Source: an uncultured Gammaproteobacteria bacterium
GTDB lineage: Bacteria > Patescibacteriota > Microgenomatia > Levybacterales > UBA12049
Direction of reading: 5' to 3'
Length of the DNA: 64,000 bases
NCBI GenBank assembly: GCA_964391315.1
Contig: CAYMJR010000001.1
Location: 141,983 to 205,982, forward strand
Both the position numbers and the translations under genes were made by a program. How positions within the stretch are numbered: position 1 is the stretch's first letter; the number at the start of each line of letters is the position of its first letter. A model generated the notes under the pieces. That model was not told where the DNA came from, did not search any database, and saw only the letters and a program-made list of their open reading frames with translations. Shown piece after piece: positions 9,465-18,231 of the stretch.

Positions 9465-9493
9465 TTGACACTCTATTCTAGATGTAGTTAAAT
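9465..9493 (+). promoter_or_regulatory. promoter TTGACA-17-TTAAAT for the hydrolase gene
   Basis: -35 at 9465..9470 and -10 at 9488..9493. It sits immediately downstream of R2 and 10 nt before the ATG region. Confidence 0.45.
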
Positions 9494-9503
9494 AGACTAA
9501 GCA

Positions 9504-10580
9504 ATGAAATTTTTCTTCTTCAGTCTTGTTTTTCTCATCAGTTCTTTCTTCTTAACTCTTATGCCACAACTCGCTTTTGCGGACGCAGATCCTACTTGTA
9601 CAAGCTACACTCTTCCCGTTACGTTGTCGGCTAACGATCCCACGATCTACCATGTCTTTGGTCAACTTTGTTCACAAGGGTCACTAGACGGAAAGACCGT
9701 GCAATTTCTTATCCATGGCTTTACCTATGACCATAACTATTGGAGCTGGCCACTTATTCCAGGCAAATATTCCTATGTGACAAAAGCAACAGCAGATGGT
9801 TATGTAACTTTTGCTGTTGACAGAATTGGCAGTAGCTTAAGCGACCACCCAGATGGCACCAACGTAACATTACAATCAAATGCATTTGTTATTCATCAAT
9901 TAGTGCAAGACTTACGAAACGGTACAATAAGTAATACACATTTCACAAAAGTTGTCCTTGTCGGACATTCATTTGGATCAGCGACTTCAATCTATGAGGC
10001 TGCAACCTATGATGATGTTGATGGCCTTATTCTTTCAGGGTTTGTCCATCAACAGAACCCTGATATTATCCCAACATTTGGTAATGATATTTATTCTGCT
10101 TCTTCTGATCCAAAGTTTAGCAACAGCGGTCTCGGCCCTGATTATCTTACTACCAAACCCAACACTCGAGAAGAATTATTCTATAACCTTATTGATGCCA
10201 ACTCACAAGTTATTGCTCTTGATGAGGAACTCAAGCAAACCGGAACAGCCGAAGAATTATCAACTGGTCAGGCTGCCTTTTCGCCTACTTTTTCTCAATC
10301 GATACATGTTCCAGTTCTTACAGCTGTCGGACAGAATGACAAGCTTGTCTGTAATGAACTCATTCCTGGACTGTCATGTCAAGACGCAAATACGATACTA
10401 CTGAGAGAAGCTCCTGACTATTCAGCACAGGCGTGTCTGGAGGCATTTGTGTTGCCTACTGCAGGACATGATATGAATTTGCATCTCAATGCAAAGAGTT
10501 GGTTTGTAGCAGCAAATGATTGGGTTGCAAGACGAGTTGGAAAAGATACGACACATCCTGCGACACAACCATGTCAATAG
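9504..10580 (+). CDS. secreted alpha/beta-hydrolase (lipase/esterase-like)
   Basis: N-terminal signal peptide. Nucleophile elbow GHSFG. Later D and H residues fit a catalytic triad. Confidence 0.7.
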   Translation: MKFFFFSLVFLISSFFLTLMPQLAFADADPTCTSYTLPVTLSANDPTIYHVFGQLCSQGSLDGKTVQFLIHGFTYDHNYWSWPLIPGKYSYVTKATADGYVTFAVDRIGSSLSDHPDGTNVTLQSNAFVIHQLVQDLRNGTISNTHFTKVVLVGHSFGSATSIYEAATYDDVDGLILSGFVHQQNPDIIPTFGNDIYSASSDPKFSNSGLGPDYLTTKPNTREELFYNLIDANSQVIALDEELKQTGTAEELSTGQAAFSPTFSQSIHVPVLTAVGQNDKLVCNELIPGLSCQDANTILLREAPDYSAQACLEAFVLPTAGHDMNLHLNAKSWFVAANDWVARRVGKDTTHPATQPCQ

Positions 10581-10590
10581 CTTGTATCAA

Positions 10591-10622
10591 AATACCTTTT
10601 AATAAAATTGCTTAGTCGCTAT
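10591..10622. repeat. intergenic repeat R3 (degenerate copy)
   Basis: AATACCTTTTAATAAAATTGCTTAGTCGCT matches R1 at about 23 of 30 positions. It lies between the hydrolase stop and the next gene. Confidence 0.45.
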
Positions 10623-10671
10623 TAATTGCTATAGGTTTATTTTACCCCCTTTTTCTGCCAGACTTCTCCCC

Positions 10672-11049
10672 ATGGCTAGCGCAGTTGAAGGTTTAGAGCT
10701 TATACGCTATAAAAACGACTCTGTTGAGCGCGGAATACTCGATCCCACCCAATCGCACGTTGGTAATGGGTTAGATTTCCTACATAAAATGGCCGACCGT
10801 GGGGAATCTTGCGACTTAATAACTGCCTTTATGCTCGGACCAGATGATACTAATGGTACACTGGCTCGGCAACTGGTTGTTCCTGCAAGGCGAGCACTTT
10901 CCACTGACGGACATATACTCATCAGATCGGATGGCCCGACAACGCGTACAACAATAAAGGTACTTAATGACGAACGTGTAGTATATATAAACGATGATCA
11001 TACTCTCATCATTTCTTTTGATTATCAGAGATTATTGAAAGCTGCTTAG
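10672..11049 (+). CDS. hypothetical protein (125 aa)
   Basis: Intact ORF with no recognisable motif. G+C looks higher than its neighbours. Confidence 0.4.
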   Translation: MASAVEGLELIRYKNDSVERGILDPTQSHVGNGLDFLHKMADRGESCDLITAFMLGPDDTNGTLARQLVVPARRALSTDGHILIRSDGPTTRTTIKVLNDERVVYINDDHTLIISFDYQRLLKAA

Positions 11050-11128
11050 AGAGTACCATCTCATGCTTACTTTTTTCTTACCCATCTTTGCAGTAATTCA
11101 TCTCTTTCATTTATAGAATAAGAATGTC

Positions 11129-11554
11129 ATGGGTGAAGAAATAACATCTAAAACAGAAGAAAAAACAACCGTATCACGTCCTACACAGGAGGTAAAAACA
11201 GAGCCACCACAACAAGTTTATAAAAAGAAGAAGGCAATTTTTCGAAGCTACCAAATTGTCTGGTATATCCTCGCAGTGATTGAAATTCTGCTTGGATTCC
11301 GATTTGTTCTGAAGGCTGTTGGTGCCAATTCTTTTAGTGGATTTACTAATTTTGTGTACACGATTAGTAACCCGCTTGCTACGCCATTTAGTGATATCTT
11401 AGCAACAACTGTATATGGCAATTCAGTCTTTGAATGGTCAACACTTATTGCAGCAGCCGTGTATGCTCTTATTGCCTATGGTATTGTCTATCTCCTTCAA
11501 TTGATCAAACCTGTCACTCCTCGCGAAGTATCAGAAGAAGTTGACAACCCTTAA
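11129..11554 (+). CDS. YggT-family-like small membrane protein
   Basis: Two TM helices with the YggT-like motif (IVWYILAVIEILLGFRFVLKAV). Confidence 0.45.
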   Translation: MGEEITSKTEEKTTVSRPTQEVKTEPPQQVYKKKKAIFRSYQIVWYILAVIEILLGFRFVLKAVGANSFSGFTNFVYTISNPLATPFSDILATTVYGNSVFEWSTLIAAAVYALIAYGIVYLLQLIKPVTPREVSEEVDNP

Positions 11555-11839
11555 GAGGTATTCACCTTTACAAAATCTATATTCTTCTATGATACACTTT
11601 GCCGGTGACAGATACAAAACCAGACAATAGTCCTGACACTCAAAGAAAAATTAACCAACTGCTTGAAGAAACGGGGATTATTTTACCTGGAGCGCAAATA
11701 TTGTATATGACAATAATCTGTGCTACGGTAATGCTATGGCGCTTCTGGTATTAAAATTTTATTATTACTCCTTAGTATTCATGCAGTTTTAAAACCTTTA
11801 TTTTTCTACATCTTAAAATACGATATACGACGAAAACAA

Positions 11840-12181
11840 TTGGATAAATCGTATGGCAATAAAACAAGCGCAACAACAGTATTTGATAATGCGATCTATA
11901 TCGTCATGATCGTGATTGTGGTCTTGTTATTTCTCTCCCATAGCATGGCATACTTAAGCTTCATAGCAGGACTCTATATAGGAGCTACATTAATTCAAAC
12001 TTACTTTCATATGTTTACGAAACCACTGCCAGAAGATAAAGCACCCAAACCACCTGTTTCGCCTATCAAACTGATGTCCTATGCAATTCAAGCAAATCCT
12101 GAAAGACCATGGAAACAACTTCTCTTTATCTCACTACTCTTTCTTTGGGGAATATATATGATCTTCACAAACGGCTTTTAA
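11840..12181 (+). CDS. hypothetical membrane protein
   Basis: Three predicted TM helices. The start codon is uncertain (TTG, or an internal ATG). Confidence 0.35.
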   Translation: MDKSYGNKTSATTVFDNAIYIVMIVIVVLLFLSHSMAYLSFIAGLYIGATLIQTYFHMFTKPLPEDKAPKPPVSPIKLMSYAIQANPERPWKQLLFISLLFLWGIYMIFTNGF

Positions 12182-12197
12182 TTAAAATGCATTAAAA

Positions 12198-12488
12198 TCA
12201 AGCACCTTGACGGAGTTTAAAAAATACCTCTCTTGGCTGACGCTCCCACTGATCAAAGGGTGTTTTTGCTGCTAACGCCCCAAGCTCCTTCCAAGCAGCT
12301 TGAGCATGTTCAGATGAATCCCAAGTTGAGGTAGCAAAAATCCGTCCCGATGCATCATCTACCCAGGAACTCATATCAAGCAGTCCTTCAATATGCTGCG
12401 CGCTCTCTTTTAATTGAGACATCGCTTTCAATAAATCATCTGTATGCTCAGGCAATGGATAATGAATTGCCAACGTAAAATATTTCAT
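12198..12488 (-). CDS. small alpha+beta barrel protein (ABM/Dabb-like), putative
   Basis: Size (96 aa) and hydrophobic pattern fit this fold. No strong motif. Confidence 0.35.
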   Translation of the reverse strand: MKYFTLAIHYPLPEHTDDLLKAMSQLKESAQHIEGLLDMSSWVDDASGRIFATSTWDSSEHAQAAWKELGALAAKTPFDQWERQPREVFFKLRQGA

Positions 12489-12529
12489 ACAGTGATAGTA
12501 TCAGTTAATTGGAGAGATAACAATGACAA

Positions 12530-12676
12530 TTAGGTGCCTCTTCTAATAATTCGGATCAAGAGTACTATGATAGCAATCACGAGCAGTATGTGAATAAATC
12601 CTCCTGCTATATGTAATGCCAATCCTCCAAGCCATAAAATAAGAAGTATTATGATAATTATGTTTAATAATCCCAT
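12530..12676 (-). CDS. lmo0937-family small membrane protein (48 aa)
   Basis: MGLLNIIIIILLILWLGGLALHIAGGFIHILLVIAIIVLLIRIIRRGT. The LILWLLG...GxxIHILLV signature is characteristic. It is below the ORF-track cutoff. Confidence 0.55.
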   Translation of the reverse strand: MGLLNIIIIILLILWLGGLALHIAGGFIHILLVIAIIVLLIRIIRRGT

Positions 12677-12682
12677 TTTGCG

Positions 12683-12859
12683 TTATTTTTTCTTTGGAAC
12701 TTTTGCCCCTGCCCTTCGTGCTTCTGATAAACCAATGGCGATCGCCTGTTTCCGATTTTTTATTTTTTTATGAGAACTACCACTCTTAAGCTTGCCCTCT
12801 TTGAATTCCTCCATGGATTTTTTTACTTTTTCTTGCGCTTTTTTATCATATTTTGCCAT
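12683..12859 (-). CDS. small basic hypothetical protein (58 aa)
   Basis: MAKYDKKAQEKVKKSMEEFKEGKLKSGSSHKKIKNRKQAIAIGLSEARRAGAKVPKKK. Tightly packed with the lmo0937-like gene. Confidence 0.4.
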   Translation of the reverse strand: MAKYDKKAQEKVKKSMEEFKEGKLKSGSSHKKIKNRKQAIAIGLSEARRAGAKVPKKK

Positions 12860-12924
12860 AAGCCGCTTTAATTATTTATATTCTATAAAACAACTGTAAA
12901 ATATTGTCGGGAATGACGTAAGAA

Positions 12925-13494
12925 GTGTTTAAGAACTTCTGCTATACTTTTTCTATGGACCCTACGCAACCTTTTACTCCACAAGATCATGATTCTCGTG
13001 TATCAAAAATAAATTTTTCCATAAAACTCGCTATTGTTCTTCTTATTCCTCTTGTCCTAATAAAAATTTTCCTGTTATTTTCTACCAAACCTCAGCAATC
13101 TTTACCAAGCTCTCCACAAAAAAATATTTCTGTATCAATAACACCATATCTTACTCAAGAACTAACGATGAAACTAGCTCAATCCGCCCCTCCTCTCACA
13201 CAAGCAACTTTGGATGATTGGAGTAAAAAACTTGCAAGCGGTTCTGAAACAGAAATTCAATCAGTTGTTGAACTGCCGGGAAATCAACTACCTTTTCCAG
13301 GAATTTTCCAACAATTAGCTTCCTTAGCCCCTTTTCAATTCAAACTCGATACATTCAAAAAAAATACTGACAATCAAAGTGGTTCTATTGCAGTAAACCT
13401 AGGGCCACAAAATCAAAGACAAATAATACTCGTTTATTTACGTGTAATAAACGGAAAATGGAAAATTGTGAACATTGATCAATCGCCCCTCTGA
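12925..13494 (+). CDS. hypothetical membrane-anchored protein
   Basis: N-terminal TM helix followed by a Ser/Pro/Gln-rich region. Confidence 0.4.
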   Translation: MFKNFCYTFSMDPTQPFTPQDHDSRVSKINFSIKLAIVLLIPLVLIKIFLLFSTKPQQSLPSSPQKNISVSITPYLTQELTMKLAQSAPPLTQATLDDWSKKLASGSETEIQSVVELPGNQLPFPGIFQQLASLAPFQFKLDTFKKNTDNQSGSIAVNLGPQNQRQIILVYLRVINGKWKIVNIDQSPL

Positions 13495-13499
13495 AATCT

Positions 13500-13841
13500 T
13501 TATTCTACAGCCTCCTCAGGAAGATCTTTTGTTGCTGGACCGTTAATTACATTTCCGAACTTTGAATATCTCGATCCATGACAAGGACAATCCCATGTTT
13601 TTTCTTCTTTATTAAAATCTACAATACAACCAAGATGCCTACATACTGCCGAAACTGAATGAAGCAGTCCATCTTTATCTTTATATACCGCTATCTTTTT
13701 ACCTTTTTTCTCAATAACCATACCGTCATCTTTATCAAGTCCTGCTACTGATTTTTTCGCGGGTGTCACGCGTTTCCCATATCCTTTCACAAGCTGTTTA
13801 GCCTTTTGAGCAATTCCCTTTATAGACATAATTTGTAGCAT
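13500..13841 (-). CDS. Rieske [2Fe-2S] domain protein
   Basis: Both cluster-binding boxes are present: CRHLGC and CPCHGS. Confidence 0.75.
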   Translation of the reverse strand: MLQIMSIKGIAQKAKQLVKGYGKRVTPAKKSVAGLDKDDGMVIEKKGKKIAVYKDKDGLLHSVSAVCRHLGCIVDFNKEEKTWDCPCHGSRYSKFGNVINGPATKDLPEEAVE

Positions 13842-13940
13842 AGCAACACAGAATAAATTCTATGTAACAACCTTGCAAGAATTACTTATCTCTTACTTCT
13901 CTATTTTTTCTGTCTTACCTTCTCTCTATACACTAGTGAT

Positions 13941-14468
13941 ATGAACCAGCAAAATAAAAGTTTGGATGAAATGGAAGACCAACTCAAAACACTGCCAATT
14001 GCACTTTCTGACACAACACGACTAAAAAATGTGCAGCTTCTTAATCAATTACTTGCCGATTCAATTATTCTTTATAACATGTATAAAAAACACCATTGGC
14101 AAGTATACGGCCCTACGTTTTACCAATTACATTTACTGTTTGATAAACATGCCACAGAACAACTCGCACTCATTGATTTGATTGCCGAACGTATTCAAAC
14201 ACTTGGAGGAGCCGCAGTTGGAATGCCACAAGATGTTTCAGAACGGACTAAAATCGAACGACCACCAGCAAGTGCAGAAACTCCCCCGGTTATGTTAAAT
14301 CGTTTGCTTGATGCCCATGAGATTATTATCAAACAACTCCACGAATGCATTGAAGCGACAGAAAAAAATAAGGATTGGGGAACAAATGATTTACTTATCA
14401 GTGATGTGTTGCGCACAAATGAACTGCAAGTGTGGTTTATTTCATCACATTTGATAGACATCCTTTAA
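13941..14468 (+). CDS. dps: Dps (DNA-binding ferritin-like protein)
   Basis: KKHHWQVYGPTFYQLHLLFDKH ferroxidase-site region typical of Dps. Confidence 0.8.
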   Translation: MNQQNKSLDEMEDQLKTLPIALSDTTRLKNVQLLNQLLADSIILYNMYKKHHWQVYGPTFYQLHLLFDKHATEQLALIDLIAERIQTLGGAAVGMPQDVSERTKIERPPASAETPPVMLNRLLDAHEIIIKQLHECIEATEKNKDWGTNDLLISDVLRTNELQVWFISSHLIDIL

Positions 14469-15547
14469 AATTCTTCAGAATGCAGTTTTTTCCAATCCTT
14501 CCATGCCGCGATGAATATCGCTTGCAACAAACCAATTATCGGAGCTGCAAAAATGGCTCCATAGATTCCGAATAATTCAGTAGCTACTAAAATTGCAAGA
14601 AGTGATACCAACGGACGAATACCAATGGCTTTACCGATAATCCGTGGACCAACAATATCTGATTCAATGACATGCACACCAATAAAATAAATGAGTACGA
14701 GAAGCGCTATTAGCCATCCTTGAGGGATTGCAAGGAGAACACACGTCGCACCTGAGATAAATGTTCCTAACGTTGGAACAAATTCCATAATAAAAGCAAG
14801 TAGTCCTAAAAGCAGTGCATACGGCACATGAAAAAGTATCATGCCTAAACCGACAAGTATCCCAATTATCAGTGCCAAAACCAGTTGACCACGCAGATAG
14901 CCTCCAACTACTTGATGTGAGACGGTAACAAAAAATTGAACCTTACTTCTGTAGACCTTTGGTACATTCCTGGTATCACTAATCCATCTGACTATTCTCT
15001 CTCCATCGATAAGTAAATAAATACTAATAACAACAACGAGCGCTGTACTCAGAAGAAAATCCAAAAAATTACCAATAAAAGGCAGAATATTCCCAGCAAA
15101 CTGTTCAAAGTATTTGATAAGATCCTGACCCATTGCACTGACTGCACTATGTGGTAAGCCAATCCCATTGAAAAATCGAAAAATTGGTGTTGTTGGATTT
15201 GGAGTACCTGAAATAAATAACTTATGAATAGTTGAAATCAGTGTATTGATCTGAAAAATTGCCGCACGTAAAAAAAGATATAAAAAAGTACCGAAGCCAC
15301 AAATGAGTAATAGATAAATAATGAGAATTGCCAAAAATCGTGGCATAAATTTCCCTAAAAATTTTATTGCAGGAAAAAGCAAATAGGCTATAACGCATGC
15401 AAAAATAAGAACGATAACCGTATGCCAGACGTGTTGGATGACAAAAAAGAATACTCCGATAACACCTATCCAAGCGAGAATTGTGAGTGGAAGATCACGC
15501 CTTTGTATTGATTTCGTTTGCTGTTTATTTACTTTAGATTGTGCCAT
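14465..15547 (-). CDS. AI-2E family transporter (PerM/YhhT-like)
   Basis: Eight TM helices with a GDGERIVRWI-type loop, the AI-2E family pattern. Confidence 0.75.
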   Translation of the reverse strand: MAQSKVNKQQTKSIQRRDLPLTILAWIGVIGVFFFVIQHVWHTVIVLIFACVIAYLLFPAIKFLGKFMPRFLAILIIYLLLICGFGTFLYLFLRAAIFQINTLISTIHKLFISGTPNPTTPIFRFFNGIGLPHSAVSAMGQDLIKYFEQFAGNILPFIGNFLDFLLSTALVVVISIYLLIDGERIVRWISDTRNVPKVYRSKVQFFVTVSHQVVGGYLRGQLVLALIIGILVGLGMILFHVPYALLLGLLAFIMEFVPTLGTFISGATCVLLAIPQGWLIALLVLIYFIGVHVIESDIVGPRIIGKAIGIRPLVSLLAILVATELFGIYGAIFAAPIIGLLQAIFIAAWKDWKKLHSEEF

Positions 15548-15624
15548 TTTCTCTCTAATCCTAGCGTGATTATATCATTGAATATATTTAAGTAAAGATA
15601 AAAATGTAGTAAGCTAAATAGAAG

Positions 15625-16263
15625 ATGTTAACTGATCAGCGCTTTCGATTCTTTCAAACAATCCTTCGAAAAGATGAAAAAAAAGTTGCCACTCTTTTTA
15701 TTATCGAAGGTGTCGTTACGTTCCTGCTTTTAGTCAATGTACTCCTTCTCAATATATATCTTTTTAGAAAAGTACAACCCGTCCAGTCCAACACAACCAC
15801 CTCTGTAGCAACTCCAACGCCAACATTCATTCCTGTAACAACTACGCCAACAATTATTGTACCTACCGCTGCACCTGTTGTCATCGACCAGCAATCATCC
15901 ACCAAAGAATATTTTATCCCCCTTGGATCAGGCACCAATCAATCGAGTGATTGGACAAATGTCCCAGGAACCCAAGCAACTGTTGATTTTGGATCATATC
16001 AGCATATTAAATCAATTGTTTTTGAGGCATCAGTTGCAGTCCCGACAGCCAATGAATCTGTCTCTGTACGGCTCTACAATGTCTCAGATCAACATCCTGT
16101 GTGGTATTCTGATGTGACGATGAATGGTGGAGATTCAGACTATCTTATCTCTCAACCAATTGCATATGACAGAGGACCTAAAATTTATCAGGTACAAATG
16201 AAAACGCAGTTACAATATCCTGCCAATTTGACTCAATCCCGCATCCATATAACGTTAAATTAA
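15625..16263 (+). CDS. hypothetical membrane-anchored protein with Thr/Pro-rich linker
   Basis: TM helix, TT/PT-rich stretch, then a roughly 110-aa beta-rich domain. Confidence 0.4.
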   Translation: MLTDQRFRFFQTILRKDEKKVATLFIIEGVVTFLLLVNVLLLNIYLFRKVQPVQSNTTTSVATPTPTFIPVTTTPTIIVPTAAPVVIDQQSSTKEYFIPLGSGTNQSSDWTNVPGTQATVDFGSYQHIKSIVFEASVAVPTANESVSVRLYNVSDQHPVWYSDVTMNGGDSDYLISQPIAYDRGPKIYQVQMKTQLQYPANLTQSRIHITLN

Positions 16264-17688
16264 TCGAACTGCTGACATCTCTCCCCAATTCTTTCCCATT
16301 TTCACATCTGCTTCAATCGGAACTGAAAGTGGATAAACATTACACATAATCTTTTGCACCTGTTCAACCACTTCAGCAATTTTTTTCTTATTATCAGGAA
16401 TTTCAAAAACCAAATCATCATGAATTTGTAATAACAAACTAACTTCCGGATCCTTCGTCACAATTTGGTTGTAAACGTCAATCATCGCCTTCTTCATCAG
16501 ATCCGCAGCAGATCCTTGAATTGGGTAATTAAGTAAAACCCGTCGCATATTATTGTCAATAAATTTTTGTCCGGGAAACTCGAAAACATAACGCCGCCTT
16601 CCCAAAATCGTTTCGACAAATCCATCTTTTTTTCCTTGGTTAATATAGTTGTCAAAATACGTTTTGATCTTCGGATATGTTGCGTAAAAGGTATCAATAA
16701 ACACTTGAGCCTCCTCAACCGGAATACGAAGTCCCATACTCATACCATAACTGCTCATGCCGTAAATAATGCCAAAATTAATTGTCTTGGCAATACTTCG
16801 CTGTTCCTTTGTGACCGCGTCATACGAAACGTTAAATAGTTGACTTGCTGTTGTTTTATGAACATCTTTTTGTTCTTTAAATGCTGATAGCAATTTTTCC
16901 TCACCTGTGAGATGTGCTAAGATGCGAAGTTCTTGCTGTGAGTAGTCAAAAGAGAGAAAAACCTTTCCGGTTGAAGCAACAAAACAGGATTTGATCTTCT
17001 GACCAAATTCAGAAGTTACTGGAATATTTTGTAAATTAGGATTGGAAGATGCAAGCCGTCCAGTACTGGCGGCAACTTGCGTGTAGGTTGTATGCACCCG
17101 TCCTTTGTCATCTACTTTACTAATCAAACTCTCAACATAAGTCGAACGGAGCTTGGAGAGTTCACGATATTTTAAAATTCTGCCAATGATCTCAAATTGA
17201 TCTGCAAACTGTGCTAGTTCTTGTTCATTGGTCGCGTACCTTCCCGTCTTGGTTTTACTCAGTGGAACTCCTGCTTTTTCTGCTAAAAAATTTCCTACTT
17301 GAATTGCTGAGTTAAGATTAATATCAAACCCAACTTCTTTCTTAATTTCATCTTCTGTCGCAATAATTGCCGCATCAATTTGTTTACCTATTTTTTCTAA
17401 TTTTTTACTGTCTAAACTGATTCCCGTTTGTTCCATTTTATGTAAAACAGCAACAAGTGGCATTTCAATATCAGTAAACAGTTTCTGGAGTTTTGGTAAA
17501 GAAGCAAATTTTGCTCGTTGCTTTGCTGCTAATTCTTCAAGCGTTGTAACGTGGTATTTTTTGAAAATATCATCCTGAGAGTGAACAAATCTTCCTTCAT
17601 TCAAAAGGAATTCAGCAATGAGACAATCAAAAACATCTGTATCTTCCGTCTTAAACTGACTTTTCAAATCCCAGACTACTGAACTCAT
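16255..17688 (-). CDS. polA: DNA polymerase I, polymerase (family A) domain only (N-terminally truncated type)
   Basis: Pol A motifs are present (RSIAKTINFGIIYGMSSYGMS, LLQIHDDLVFE, QGSAADL). The protein starts inside what would be the end of the 3'-5' exo domain. No 5'-3' exo is present here or immediately upstream. Confidence 0.85.
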   Translation of the reverse strand: MSSVVWDLKSQFKTEDTDVFDCLIAEFLLNEGRFVHSQDDIFKKYHVTTLEELAAKQRAKFASLPKLQKLFTDIEMPLVAVLHKMEQTGISLDSKKLEKIGKQIDAAIIATEDEIKKEVGFDINLNSAIQVGNFLAEKAGVPLSKTKTGRYATNEQELAQFADQFEIIGRILKYRELSKLRSTYVESLISKVDDKGRVHTTYTQVAASTGRLASSNPNLQNIPVTSEFGQKIKSCFVASTGKVFLSFDYSQQELRILAHLTGEEKLLSAFKEQKDVHKTTASQLFNVSYDAVTKEQRSIAKTINFGIIYGMSSYGMSMGLRIPVEEAQVFIDTFYATYPKIKTYFDNYINQGKKDGFVETILGRRRYVFEFPGQKFIDNNMRRVLLNYPIQGSAADLMKKAMIDVYNQIVTKDPEVSLLLQIHDDLVFEIPDNKKKIAEVVEQVQKIMCNVYPLSVPIEADVKMGKNWGEMSAVRLI

Positions 17689-17696
17689 TGCTGTGA

Positions 17697-18194
17697 TTAT
17701 ACACTATTTGGAGCTTGGACAACTTCAACTTTTGTAACGTTGGTATCACGAATCATATCAAGTGTCTTTTTTACGTCTTGAGGATTAGCAATAAAAGAAA
17801 GACGCATCGAAGAGGCATTTGTTCCAGCAGTATTGATAATAATTGTCCCCCATTTGCCCAGCTCATCAAACAGACTTTGTTCAACCGTTACATCAGTTAT
17901 CTGCGTATAATCAACACTGGTAATATTTTCTCCCAAAAACGAATCGACCAAAATCATTCGCTTTTTGGTAAATGCATAATGCTTGGCTTTTTTCAAATAA
18001 TAGCAATACAGTACTCCAAGTAGGAGAACAAATATACCGGCAAACACTTGACCGAACATAACAATAACCGCCACAACAATAGCAAGAATAAAAACGCATT
18101 GGATATAAAAAGGGCTGACACCAAATTCTTTTTCGAGAGTTTCATCAGGAGCAAGAATTTTTGTCCAATCGTAATTCATACCATTTATGAGCAT
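17697..18194 (-). CDS. bacterial PH-domain (YdbT/DUF304-like) membrane protein
   Basis: Two TM helices followed by a bPH-like beta domain. Confidence 0.5.
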   Translation of the reverse strand: MLINGMNYDWTKILAPDETLEKEFGVSPFYIQCVFILAIVVAVIVMFGQVFAGIFVLLLGVLYCYYLKKAKHYAFTKKRMILVDSFLGENITSVDYTQITDVTVEQSLFDELGKWGTIIINTAGTNASSMRLSFIANPQDVKKTLDMIRDTNVTKVEVVQAPNSV

Positions 18195-18231
18195 AGCACT
18201 TTACTATATCCTTTGACAATCAATACTCATT

